A stretch of 62,359 nucleotides of DNA, filler included. It is 3 parts of 3 records of this genome, joined end to end, with 100 filler letters (N's around TTAATTAATTAA, not from the genome) between each part and the next. Parts side by side here need not be neighbours in the genome. Positions count along the whole stretch, not along the records: positions 1 to 31,014 come from SRR20825006_1449; 2 more parts are not named here. One strand, given 5' to 3'. Numbering within the stretch: the first letter of the stretch is position 1; every line of letters begins with the position of its first letter. Positions 20,073 to 29,741 of the stretch are shown piece after piece. The notes under the pieces were generated by a model, which saw only the letters and a list, made by a program, of their open reading frames with translations, made no database searches and was not told the origin of the DNA. The position numbers and the translations under genes are program-made.

Positions 20073-21833
20073 TCATGGAACTTGTCCGGATCGATCTTCG
20101 CTGTCTACCAATTGCAGAAGGAGCCCTTCGTTTGGTGCGAGAGTGCCATCGATCGCTCGAGGGGATGCGGTGGAACAGAGCACCGTGACGAGGGCAGCTT
20201 TGGACGGCACCGGCAACGATCGGGTTTGCTCACTGAGGTTCAGCGCGATCAACAGGTGTTCGTCGCCGTGTCTTCTTTCGAAAGCGAGCACATCATCGTC
20301 GGAATCGAGAAGTGTGAAGTCGCCGACCGACAACGCAGCGTGGATTCGCCGAAGTGAGAGCAGTGTTCTGTACAAATTCAAAATTGACTGTGGATCCGCC
20401 TCCTGCGTCGCAACGTTTCGTTGACGCCAATCAGGATTGAGCGGGAGCCACGTGTCGTTGACGCTGAAGCCGGCGAAGGCGGAATCGTCCCAAGGCATCG
20501 GCGTGCGGGATCGATCTCGTCCGATATTTAATTCAGGTTGCCGTAAAGCCTGAGGGTCGCGAATTTGATCGCGAGGAATGGGGACCTCGCCAATCCCAAT
20601 CTCGTCGCCTTGATAGAGCGTGGGCGTGCCACGCAGGGTTAGCAGCAGCATGGCGGCGACTCGGGATTGAGCGTCACCAAGTCGGGCGGCAATGCGAGGA
20701 GCATCGTGACTGCCCAAAACCCAATTCGGCCATCCAAAGTTTGGAAGGGACGCTTCGTAGTCAGCGATCACACGTCGGAGGGTTGGAGCGTTCCAATCGC
20801 ATTCGATGAGATGAAAGTTGGTCGGCAGATGTACCTCCGGTCGTTCTTCCGTCCCAAACCATCGAGCGAGTCGATCATTGGGCAGGCTGATCTCACCAAT
20901 TAAAACGCGATCACCGTAGTTGTCCGCCAGGGTGCGAAACTCAGCCGCGATTTCGTGGGCTTCTGGTTGGTCGGTGGAGTGCAGCTGAATCAGCTGGTCA
21001 CGCTGTGTACGGTCAGACGTCCAGTCCGGATTGATCGGATTGTCTCGAAGAGCGGCGTCTTTGACGATGTGCCAAAGCACGTCCATGCGAAATCCATCGA
21101 CACCGCGATCCAACCAGAACCGCAGGACATTCATCATCGCCTCACGCAGTTCGGGATGACGCCAGTTGAGATCGGGTTGCTGCGGAAGAAAGGCGTGCAA
21201 ATAGTATTGCTGGGTCGTTGCGTCCCATTGCCAAGACGAGCCACCGAAATCGCTGATCCAATTGTTAGGTGGACCGCCGTCAGCTGATGCATCTCGCCAG
21301 ATGTACCAATCCCGCTTGGGATTGTCGCGAGATGAACGGCTCTGGACAAACCATGGATGTTGATCTGATGAGTGGTTCGGAACAAAGTCCATCAGAAGCT
21401 TGAGACCACGCGAATGCATGGCGGTGAGCAACCGATCGAAGGCTGTCAGATCACCGAACAACGGATCAATGCCGCAGTAGTCCGAGACGTCGTAACCGAA
21501 ATCGAACATCGGCGAAGGATAAATCGGTGAAAGCCATACCGCGTCAACTCCGAGGCGAACCAGATAGTCCAGCCGTTGCTTGATACCTGCCAGATCGCCC
21601 ACACCGTCGGCATTGCTGTCTTGGAAAGACCGCGGATAGATTTGATAGATCACACCGGTTTCCCACCAGCGACGTTCGGCTGGTTTCGACGGAGCAGATT
21701 TTTGTGAATGCGTTTTGATAGTGAAGGGATGCCTTGGTCGGTTGTGAGGCGTAAAATTCGAATTGGCAAAACGCGGGGCGATTGCCTGTTGCTGCATTTC
21801 GTACTCGACAGTCGCCATGTTCCGCCCATGCAA
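20073..21833 (-). CDS. GH13 alpha-glucosidase / oligo-1,6-glucosidase family
   Basis: YQIYPRSF, DFGYDVSDY, DFVPNH, QPDLNW, GFRMDV (nucleophile), IGE, GSHD. Start uncertain. Confidence 0.92.
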   Translation of the reverse strand: MHGRNMATVEYEMQQQAIAPRFANSNFTPHNRPRHPFTIKTHSQKSAPSKPAERRWWETGVIYQIYPRSFQDSNADGVGDLAGIKQRLDYLVRLGVDAVWLSPIYPSPMFDFGYDVSDYCGIDPLFGDLTAFDRLLTAMHSRGLKLLMDFVPNHSSDQHPWFVQSRSSRDNPKRDWYIWRDASADGGPPNNWISDFGGSSWQWDATTQQYYLHAFLPQQPDLNWRHPELREAMMNVLRFWLDRGVDGFRMDVLWHIVKDAALRDNPINPDWTSDRTQRDQLIQLHSTDQPEAHEIAAEFRTLADNYGDRVLIGEISLPNDRLARWFGTEERPEVHLPTNFHLIECDWNAPTLRRVIADYEASLPNFGWPNWVLGSHDAPRIAARLGDAQSRVAAMLLLTLRGTPTLYQGDEIGIGEVPIPRDQIRDPQALRQPELNIGRDRSRTPMPWDDSAFAGFSVNDTWLPLNPDWRQRNVATQEADPQSILNLYRTLLSLRRIHAALSVGDFTLLDSDDDVLAFERRHGDEHLLIALNLSEQTRSLPVPSKAALVTVLCSTASPRAIDGTLAPNEGLLLQLVDSEDRSGQVP

Positions 21834-21860
21834 ACGCTTGGCAGCCAGCGAATAGCAATG

Positions 21861-23306
21861 TCAGATCATCATCGCGAGAAGCTCTTTGAGCTCGATGGTG
21901 GCGAAGGTTGTTGCGTAATCCGACATCGCATAAGGAATCACCAAGTGGTTTTGATGGATGATTGCGCCGCAGGTGTAGACCACATTCGGAACGTATCCTT
22001 CTCGCTCGATTTCGTTGGGGGTGACCAAGGGCTCACGCAATCGTGCAATGACTTTGGATGGATCGTTCAGGTCCAGCAGCATCGCTCCGATGCAATACTT
22101 GCGCATCGGTCCGACACCGTGCGTCAGGACCAACCAACCGGCGTCGGTCTCGATTGGCGATCCGCAGTTGCCCATTTGGACGTATTCCCATGGCTCCGCA
22201 GGCTTGATGATCAGTTCGCTGGTGTGCCAGAAGTACAGCATGTCGGAGTACATCAAAAACAAATGCTCCCCGTCTTGCCGGCCTAACATCGCATAGTGAC
22301 CATTGATTTTCCGCGGGAACAGTGCCATGCCTTTGTTGGCGACGGCAGGTCCGTTGAGCGTATGCATTTTGAAACGCAGGAAGTCCTTCGTTTCTAGTAG
22401 CTGAGGCAGTACCAATTGCCCGTCGTAAGCACTGTAGGTTGCGTAGTACCGACTGCTGCCATCGTCTTCCGTGAAGTGCACGAACCGTGCGTCTTCGATT
22501 CCATTGCTTTCCGTCGGACTGAATGGAAAAACAACCCGCTCGGAAAGTTCGTGGTCGGGGGTGTATTGAATTTCGTAATTCGATTTCGCAAGCATCACAA
22601 CGCGGTCCACCAGCGGCGCCAATTCGTTGTGAATCGAACGGTGTTCACGCAGCGATGCTTGCAATCGCGTTTCCAATTCTTCGAGAGTGAATTCGGTCGG
22701 CAAGGCCGCCAGCACTTCATAGGTGAACGTGTTTCCCAGCCCAAGTTCAATCAACTTGCGTCGAAACAGATCGTTTTCATAACAAGAGTCGGGAACGTAC
22801 CGGGGCGTTGTGACAAATCGCACCGGCTCATCAATCTCAATGCCAAGATCGCAATTGATCGTGCCGCTTCGAAAAACGATGGACGAGATATGGCCCTCGC
22901 CGACTGCTCGCAGACTCATGGCAAAACGTCGCGAACCCGATGGCAGATCGGATTGGTCGGGATGCCAAACGAGTGAGGGGTTGAATAATGCTGCCGATTC
23001 CAACGCGTACTCCTGAGTGAAGTACGCCCCCAACAGCAAACGCCGGTTCTCGCTCAGTGGCGTGTCAGTGAGCAAATGATGCTTGAGGTCACGGAATCTT
23101 CGTTCGAAGTAGGCTTTGGGTTTTTGATGTCGACCGTGAAATTCCTCGAGGACATGAGAGATGAGTTGGCTGACCTCCACTTCGGACAACGTGCAGACAC
23201 GTCCGATGATACGCAGCACGCGGTCGTCGCCGGGCGGTTGGAACGGTCGCAGGACGACACGTTGGCTGTTGGGCGATAGAACGATTCCGGTTCGTTTGAT
23301 TGGCAA
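21861..23306 (-). CDS. GH130-family glycosidase/phosphorylase, long form
   Basis: ALFNPS, GIEDARF, NKGMALFP, GNCGSP, LTHGVG, GYVPNVVYTCG. Confidence 0.85.
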   Translation of the reverse strand: MPIKRTGIVLSPNSQRVVLRPFQPPGDDRVLRIIGRVCTLSEVEVSQLISHVLEEFHGRHQKPKAYFERRFRDLKHHLLTDTPLSENRRLLLGAYFTQEYALESAALFNPSLVWHPDQSDLPSGSRRFAMSLRAVGEGHISSIVFRSGTINCDLGIEIDEPVRFVTTPRYVPDSCYENDLFRRKLIELGLGNTFTYEVLAALPTEFTLEELETRLQASLREHRSIHNELAPLVDRVVMLAKSNYEIQYTPDHELSERVVFPFSPTESNGIEDARFVHFTEDDGSSRYYATYSAYDGQLVLPQLLETKDFLRFKMHTLNGPAVANKGMALFPRKINGHYAMLGRQDGEHLFLMYSDMLYFWHTSELIIKPAEPWEYVQMGNCGSPIETDAGWLVLTHGVGPMRKYCIGAMLLDLNDPSKVIARLREPLVTPNEIEREGYVPNVVYTCGAIIHQNHLVIPYAMSDYATTFATIELKELLAMMI

Positions 23307-23312
23307 GATAGT

Positions 23313-25589
23313 TCAGTGAGTTGGATTGGCGACGACACGCAACGTGGTATGAAGGCCTCGCATCTCGGCGAGCGAAAGTAGGAATGCGAGTGTTGACTCG
23401 GCACCCTGGTTTGCATTGACTTGGTTTTCCATCAAGCCGTCGAAGCAACCGCCCGTCGAAGGGTCGTAGATCGGTTGGCCAAGATCGTTGCGGCCCAAGA
23501 ACCAGTCGAATGCCAAGTGCGCTTGTTCGGACCAGAATTTGTCCTTGGTCGCAGCAAACGCTTCGATGGAGGCTGAAACCATGGCGTGAGCCTCGATTGC
23601 TTGCTGATCGAAGACTGCCGCGACTCCGCCCTCAGGACTGAATCCGTTGGAACCGATCGGACGGAAACGTCCTTGTGGAGAAAGTTGAACTTCGCAGAGC
23701 CAACGCAGGGACTTCATTCCAATGTCGGCGACGCGTTGATTGTCGAACCAGCGACCATGAGTGATCATGGCCTGGGATAGCTTTGCGTTGTTGTATGTTG
23801 CGATCTTTTCAAACCAAGGCCAAGCGTCGGTGGCGGTGGCGTCGTACATGTCGGCCAATCGTTCAGCGAGCTGATGACTCATCGCCGCAGCAACACGATC
23901 GCCACTGTAGCGGCGGAGATATTCGTGGATTCCGATGATCGCGAGGGCCCATGTTCTCGGTGAGGAGGTCTTTTCACACGCCGGAAGTGCTTGGTGAAAC
24001 ACTTCGCGTGCCCAGGCAACCAAACCCGCGTTGCTCGATCGGCCGATGCAAGTTCCCAACGCCCACAAAGCGCGGCCTTGCGAGTCGTCGGAGCCGTCGG
24101 TTTCGAGCCATTGCCGATCAAAGCTAAGGAAATTGCGAAAACGTCCGGTTTCTCGATTGAAGGCGTTGTTGAGGAACGCCGCGTAACGTGACGCCAACGA
24201 ACGCACTTCAGTCGAATCTTTGCCTTGCTCCTCCAGCAGCACCGTCAGAATCAAAGCTCGTGCGTTGTCGTCGGTGCAATACCCGTGCGCATGATCAGGA
24301 ATGGAATAGATCGCGTGTTGGACGACACCGGTTGAATCGCTGAGGTGTTGCAAGTGATCCAGCTGCATTTGTGGCAGTGCCAATGGTTGCTCGTCCAACG
24401 TGCGGACGGCCAGTGGCTTCAAGGACGATGTTCGTTGGTCACGAGCCCGATTGAACGAATCAATGTACAACTGCGAAACGTGTTCCCACGTCATGTCCCG
24501 GCCAAGGTCATATGCTTTGTCACGCATCGCCATGCGTCGGTCGTCGTCACTCAACAGTCCGATCACTTCGCGAGCGATCGCGGATGGATCCGCGAAGGGA
24601 ACCAGGACTCCGCGTCCGTCGGCGAGTAATTCTTCGGCGTGCCAGTAGGGAGTCGAGATGACCGCCTGGCCACACCCGAATGCGTAAGCGAGCGTTCCCG
24701 AGACAGCTTGTTCGACGTTCAGGTAAGGCGTGATGTACAGGTCGGCGGCACCAATGAATTCAGTCAGTTCTTCCAGTTCAACGAAACGGTTGTAGAAGCT
24801 GACATGCTTGGAAACCCCCAGTTCCTTCGCCATCCGTTCCAAGCTGATTCGATAGCGTTCGCCTTGTTCGCGAAGCAGACTGGGGTGAGTGGCACCCAGA
24901 ATGATGTAGATGAAGTCTGGGAATTTCGCGACGATTTCAGGGATCGCTTTCAGTACGTGCTCGATTCCCTTTCCCGGTGAGAGCAATCCAAAAGTCAGAG
25001 CGACGGGTTTATCCTCCACACCGAATTGTTCTTTGAGAACGCTTTGGTCGGTTTCAGGAGCCTCTGGGATGCCGTGAGCGATCACGTCGATCTGGTCGCT
25101 GTCGACCGAGTAGGTGTCCAGCAACGTTTGCCGACTGCGTTCGGTCATCACGACCAAACGAGTGGAAAGGCGAATGAGCTGCATCATCACGGCACGTTGG
25201 GCTTCGTTTGGTTCCGATAGAACCGTGTGAAGTGTCGTGACAACCGGCATCCGCACGTCTTGGAGAAGTGCCAAAATGTGGCTTCCGCAGGGGCCACCAA
25301 AGATGCCAAATTCATGTTGTAACGAGATGACATCCACGTTGCTGAAGTTCAGAAAGTCAGCGGCCGATTGGTATTCATCCAGTTCCTGATCGGCGACTTG
25401 GAATTGGACTTCGTTGTCATAGGCGTAACCGCCTTCGATGTCGTCGAGCGTGACAACGATGCATTCAGCGCAAGTCTCTCGGGCGACACCGATGCGCAAA
25501 TCATGCGTGAAGGTTGCGATACCACATTTTCGTGGCAGGTAGTCACCGACGAAGGCTATCTTCAGAAGGTCATTTGATATCATTGACAT
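23313..25589 (-). CDS. GT4 glycosyltransferase fused to a C-terminal six-hairpin-like helical domain
   Basis: PRKCGIATFT, QHEFGIFGG, FGLLSPGKG, SGTLAYA; C-terminal GYCTDDNARAL, DSQGRALW, NQGAESTL. Confidence 0.88.
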   Translation of the reverse strand: MSMISNDLLKIAFVGDYLPRKCGIATFTHDLRIGVARETCAECIVVTLDDIEGGYAYDNEVQFQVADQELDEYQSAADFLNFSNVDVISLQHEFGIFGGPCGSHILALLQDVRMPVVTTLHTVLSEPNEAQRAVMMQLIRLSTRLVVMTERSRQTLLDTYSVDSDQIDVIAHGIPEAPETDQSVLKEQFGVEDKPVALTFGLLSPGKGIEHVLKAIPEIVAKFPDFIYIILGATHPSLLREQGERYRISLERMAKELGVSKHVSFYNRFVELEELTEFIGAADLYITPYLNVEQAVSGTLAYAFGCGQAVISTPYWHAEELLADGRGVLVPFADPSAIAREVIGLLSDDDRRMAMRDKAYDLGRDMTWEHVSQLYIDSFNRARDQRTSSLKPLAVRTLDEQPLALPQMQLDHLQHLSDSTGVVQHAIYSIPDHAHGYCTDDNARALILTVLLEEQGKDSTEVRSLASRYAAFLNNAFNRETGRFRNFLSFDRQWLETDGSDDSQGRALWALGTCIGRSSNAGLVAWAREVFHQALPACEKTSSPRTWALAIIGIHEYLRRYSGDRVAAAMSHQLAERLADMYDATATDAWPWFEKIATYNNAKLSQAMITHGRWFDNQRVADIGMKSLRWLCEVQLSPQGRFRPIGSNGFSPEGGVAAVFDQQAIEAHAMVSASIEAFAATKDKFWSEQAHLAFDWFLGRNDLGQPIYDPSTGGCFDGLMENQVNANQGAESTLAFLLSLAEMRGLHTTLRVVANPTH

Positions 25590-25592
25590 GGT

Positions 25593-26663
25593 TTACTTGT
25601 GGGGAATGCGTTCGAGCGAATCCAGAATGGATTGCTTTGAAAGCTGAACCGATGCCACGCAGGCGTCGGCCGCTCCATAGAAAATTTGCAGGGCGTCGCT
25701 ACGGTCCAGCATTGCGGTGGGAAAGACGACGTTGGGAACAAACCCGACGCGTTCGTGCTCCCTGATGGGCTGCAGCACCGGTTGTGGGGACCTGCCCAGC
25801 ACTCGATTCGGATGTTCGCGGTCCAGCAACAGGGCTCCCGCGGAATAGGTGCCAACCGTTCCGCTGGTGCTTGGACGAGTGCAGCCGTGATAGAGCGTCA
25901 ACCAGCCCTGGTCGCATTCGATTGGCGGCGTTCCGCTTCCGACGCGGTCGCCTTCCCAATCATGCACGCCATCCAGTACGAGTTCGTGGCGGCCCCAGTG
26001 AATCATGTCCGGCGATCGAGCCAACCAGATTTGAGGTGGGCGAAAGTGAGAGCGTGGATTCGGTCGGTGCAATGCGACGAAGTCGTCCTGGATCATTTCG
26101 GGAAACAGGACCACGTCCTTGTTCTCGCTGGGGAAGATGATCCCGTGTCGTTGAAAGTTCACCAGATCGTCTGAGGACATCAGTGCGGTCGCGGCACCCG
26201 ATCGAGAAACCGCGACATAGGTGATCCAAAAAGTGTTTTCAATCTTGGTCACCCGCGGGTCTTCGATGCCGTATTCTTCCCAAGGTCCTTCCGGGAGGAT
26301 CGTCGTGATAGACTGCCAATTCACTCCTTCGCGGTTTGTCGATCGAAAGAGTTGGAAATGGGAGGTGGACGTCAAACGCAAGTCACCGTTGCTCTTCATC
26401 GCAACCACTCGTGCATCGGCGATTTCCAAATCGGCGTTGTTGACCCAATCGATCTGCGTGGTACCGGATGAGGCCCACCGAGGGAGCGGCGTCCAACCTT
26501 TTCGCTGTTCCGTCGGAGCTTCCGCGACTCGGGCGAGCATCACAAGATAATCGTCGACCGATGCCACCGCCGGATTGAAAACTCCAACGACTCGAAGGTC
26601 GGTTTGCGATGGGTGAATGTCGCACGGTTGCAAGATCACGGATTCGGATTGACGATCGATCAT
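25593..26663 (-). CDS. GH130-family glycoside phosphorylase-like protein
   Basis: GVFNPA, GIEDPR, ENKDVVLFP, LHRP, LYHG, VPNVVFP. ATG 26663 overlaps the Enzyme I stop (ATGA). Confidence 0.87.
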   Translation of the reverse strand: MIDRQSESVILQPCDIHPSQTDLRVVGVFNPAVASVDDYLVMLARVAEAPTEQRKGWTPLPRWASSGTTQIDWVNNADLEIADARVVAMKSNGDLRLTSTSHFQLFRSTNREGVNWQSITTILPEGPWEEYGIEDPRVTKIENTFWITYVAVSRSGAATALMSSDDLVNFQRHGIIFPSENKDVVLFPEMIQDDFVALHRPNPRSHFRPPQIWLARSPDMIHWGRHELVLDGVHDWEGDRVGSGTPPIECDQGWLTLYHGCTRPSTSGTVGTYSAGALLLDREHPNRVLGRSPQPVLQPIREHERVGFVPNVVFPTAMLDRSDALQIFYGAADACVASVQLSKQSILDSLERIPHK

Positions 26664-28456
26664 GAGCATGACTCGATCGCATCGATGGACCTTCCGGGGC
26701 CATTGCTGATCATTTGGTTCTTTGTTGCCAATCGCAGCATTTGTCGCACCTCTTGTGGACAACGACAATCTTGTGCCTTCAGTGCCAACGCACTCGCATG
26801 GGTTGAATCCATTTTCGCGATGGCCGTACGAAGTTTTTCGGACCGCGAGGCAGTGACACTGAGTTCTCGAATTCCAAGACCGATCAGCAATTCCGCGAAT
26901 TCAGGGTCGCCGGCTTCTTCGCCGCAAACGCAAACTGGGCAGTCCCACCGTTTCGCGGCAGAGGCGATTTGGTGAATGGCTCGCAAGACCGCCGGGTGCA
27001 TTGCGGTCACCTGATCGTTTTCGGCCGAAAGTTCACGGTCGGCAGCCAACAGGTACTGGGTGAGGTCGTTGGTTCCGATCGCGATGAAGTCGGCCAGTTC
27101 AAGGATCTCGTCCAGACAAAACAACGCCGCGGGCGTTTCGATCATCGCGCCAATCTGAGGCCGCTTGAATGCGCTGCACTCTTCGACGACTTCGTCGACC
27201 ATCGCGATCGCTTGAGAAAAATCATGACCTCCAATCACCATCGGGAACAATATTTTCACGTCGGCGTCTTGTGCCACGCGGACGATCGCCGTCAGTTGAG
27301 AACGCAGTAAATCTTTTTCGGCGAGCGAAAAGCGAAGGCCCCGCAAGCTCAAACTGGATGCATCGACATTTTCGTCTTGTGACAAAAACGGAGGCAGTTT
27401 GTCTCCTCCGAGATCAAATGTGCGGATGACCAATGGACGGTCGCCCAAACGAGCGGCCATCTGTTCGTAGAGCAGACGTTGGGATTCTGTGTCCGGTCGT
27501 CGTTCGGATTGAAGGTAGAGAAATTCCGTGCGGAACAAGCCGACTCCTGCCAGCCCATGATGAAGGACTTGGTCAAGATCGGCAGCCAGTCCGACGTTGC
27601 CGTGCAGCGTGATGTCGGTACCGTCGAGCGTTTGACATGTCGAGGCGGTCGCGGGATCGGAGTGGTTGGCTTGAAGGGTATCGGATTCGCGATTCGCAAC
27701 TGCCATTCGCGAATCAAATTCAGACAGTTCCTGCTCGCTCGGTTCGGCGGTGACGATACCCGCATCGCCATCAATCAAAAGCGTCATTCCGCTCGTGATT
27801 CGCTGAGTTGCATTGGCGATGCCGGAAACAGCGGGGATGCCCATCGATCGAGCGATGATCGCGGTGTGGCCGAGATTGCCGCCGACTTGGGTGACAATGC
27901 CGACGATGCCGGAGTTTGCCAACGCAATTGCATCAGATGGTGCGAGTTCTCGTGCGACGATGATTGCATTTTCGGGAAGTTCATCCAGACGGGTTGCTGT
28001 CATCCCCATGAGATGCCGCTTCATCCGCTGACCAATGTCTCGAACATCCGTCTCGCGTTCGCGAAGGTAATCGTTGTCGATTTTGGTCAGTCGGCCGACG
28101 GTTTGGCAGATCACCGACTCCAGCGCATCCTCGACCCCAACGAGATCGTGAGAGATTCGATCTTTCACCAGCGAAGCGATTTCGCCCGCCATGGATGCAT
28201 GAGCGGAAACCAAATCAATTGCCGAGGCGATGGAGGTATTGTCCGTGGCGATGGACTTGAGGTCCTGGAGGTCTTGTTTGGACTTTTCAAGAGCGACGTC
28301 CATTCGGTCGCATTCGCCAGAAACGTTCGACCGTGAAATAGGATCTGAAACGTCGTCACTCGGCAGAGTGATCGTGCGTTGCAATTCATAGCCCAACACG
28401 ACAGCGACTCCTTTGGCGAGTCCGATCGATAGTGAATTCCCTTCCATGCGTTTCAT
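26660..28456 (-). CDS. ptsI: Phosphoenolpyruvate-protein phosphotransferase (PTS Enzyme I-like, no GAF domain)
   Basis: YLRER..D..D, GG..GHTAIIARS.GIP (phospho-His), GVGLFRTEFL, RTFDLGGDK, MIETP, GTNDLTQY, VCGE (catalytic Cys). Start placed at MKRMEG after AGGA; the ORF is open to 28504. Confidence 0.88.
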   Translation of the reverse strand: MKRMEGNSLSIGLAKGVAVVLGYELQRTITLPSDDVSDPISRSNVSGECDRMDVALEKSKQDLQDLKSIATDNTSIASAIDLVSAHASMAGEIASLVKDRISHDLVGVEDALESVICQTVGRLTKIDNDYLRERETDVRDIGQRMKRHLMGMTATRLDELPENAIIVARELAPSDAIALANSGIVGIVTQVGGNLGHTAIIARSMGIPAVSGIANATQRITSGMTLLIDGDAGIVTAEPSEQELSEFDSRMAVANRESDTLQANHSDPATASTCQTLDGTDITLHGNVGLAADLDQVLHHGLAGVGLFRTEFLYLQSERRPDTESQRLLYEQMAARLGDRPLVIRTFDLGGDKLPPFLSQDENVDASSLSLRGLRFSLAEKDLLRSQLTAIVRVAQDADVKILFPMVIGGHDFSQAIAMVDEVVEECSAFKRPQIGAMIETPAALFCLDEILELADFIAIGTNDLTQYLLAADRELSAENDQVTAMHPAVLRAIHQIASAAKRWDCPVCVCGEEAGDPEFAELLIGLGIRELSVTASRSEKLRTAIAKMDSTHASALALKAQDCRCPQEVRQMLRLATKNQMISNGPGRSIDAIESCS

Positions 28457-28500
28457 TCCGTTTTCCTGTGAAAATCTCGTCTCGCGTAACCCTGCCTGGA

Positions 28501-28794
28501 TCAACTCATTCCGGCGATCACTTCACCGAAGGATTGTCCACCGATGGATCCCGCGTGCCGATAAGTTGGCGGATCGGAGACCGCATCGAGTTCGTACAGA
28601 GCGACGCTTGTCAGAGCCCCGCCGTTTGGCGATTTGCGATCTTCGATTCGATTGAGTTGCCGAAATGTGTCCCGGGTGATGAAGCACAGAATTTCAGCCG
28701 CAAATGAACCCTTCGTTGACAGTTGGTGGTGGCCGTCAAACGGTCCCCCTCGAAATTCAATCCAAGGTCCCGTGCTATCGCTGACGCGTAACAT
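28501..28794 (-). CDS. Small hypothetical protein
   Basis: Co-oriented, directly upstream of Enzyme I; IEF.GGPFDG motif; not HPr-like. Confidence 0.55.
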   Translation of the reverse strand: MLRVSDSTGPWIEFRGGPFDGHHQLSTKGSFAAEILCFITRDTFRQLNRIEDRKSPNGGALTSVALYELDAVSDPPTYRHAGSIGGQSFGEVIAGMS

Positions 28795-29062
28795 GGTGAT
28801 GACCCCAGTGTTTTTGCAGTTGCCGAGAAAAGTTCAGTGAACTCAAGCTGCCGTTGTGTTCGATTCGAAGTTGGGTGGCAAAATCGTTTTGGTCATAAAC
28901 CGAATTCGTGTGTGACTGACAAAATCGGTGTGCATCAATCTGATGGAACGACTCATACTCACCATGAAACAATGGCCAACCCGAGCGGATCGTTTCGTCC
29001 CATTGGCTCGGGACGTCGTCTGAGATCGCTTGCCAATGTTGCATGGCACGATTGCCATTCAT
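28775..29062 (-). CDS. Possible small hypothetical protein
   Basis: ATGA overlap with the upstream ORF stop; no recognisable motif. Confidence 0.25.
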   Translation of the reverse strand: MNGNRAMQHWQAISDDVPSQWDETIRSGWPLFHGEYESFHQIDAHRFCQSHTNSVYDQNDFATQLRIEHNGSLSSLNFSRQLQKHWGHHHVTRQR

Positions 29063-29613
29063 GCCGATGGCTCAGCCGAAGCGGAGAACGAAATCGCCTC
29101 CGCTTGATACTTTGATGTTGTTGAATCAAAGATCAACTTGTGAGAAAGATTGACGGTCTTTGAGCCGAGCCGCATCGCTTCGAGAACATTTTGAAATGTC
29201 GCGGCATTGGCGGTCGTCTGTGTCGGCGATTCTGGATCGATCACCACCAGGTGCACCTCGTCCGCGTTCTGATCAACATGCTTTTCTAGAAAGCGTTTGA
29301 CCAACGGATACGGCGTCAATGCTAGCGAGCTCGCCTTCAGGAACATGTCATATCGGGCTTTGTCGGAGAACCCGTAGATGACGACGGAATGGGCTTGCAG
29401 CGAAGTTTCCGTCATCGAAGGACAGATTGGATACGCCGCGTCGTTCAAGACATAGCGTGGTGTGTTGGAAGTACCGTCCACGGAGATCGCCTCCTCAGGC
29501 CATCGATAGGCCTGCTGCGGTTTGTCTGCCGTAGAGAATCCACGACGAGAGCGAACTGCGGATCGCGAAAAGGGAGGTTTCAGTCGCGGATGCGAGGAAA
29601 CAGCTAGCGGCAC
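29059..29613 (-). CDS. Hypothetical protein
   Basis: 184-aa ORF with a protein-like C-terminal two-thirds. Start uncertain. Confidence 0.55.
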   Translation of the reverse strand: MPLAVSSHPRLKPPFSRSAVRSRRGFSTADKPQQAYRWPEEAISVDGTSNTPRYVLNDAAYPICPSMTETSLQAHSVVIYGFSDKARYDMFLKASSLALTPYPLVKRFLEKHVDQNADEVHLVVIDPESPTQTTANAATFQNVLEAMRLGSKTVNLSHKLIFDSTTSKYQAEAISFSASAEPSA

Positions 29614-29741
29614 CTAAGTGCACGCTTCGCGCAAGCCAACGTTGCAGGCTACCACGATTCCTAACCAAGACAATCGCAAATTCAACGATGGGGGCTGAAA
29701 GCGGCCTTCGACAGAGAATCACCAATTCGTGCGGCTCTCGT

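Noticed and set aside
18953-25589. Known mannosylglucosylglycerate or trehalose/sucrose synthesis operon
   Set aside because: No recognisable GpgS, TreY/TreZ, OtsAB or HAD phosphatase gene in the cluster.
26660-28504. ptsP (nitrogen PTS Enzyme I) functionally tied to glnD/P-II
   Set aside because: No N-terminal GAF domain, and it lies about 13 kb from glnB in a different operon.
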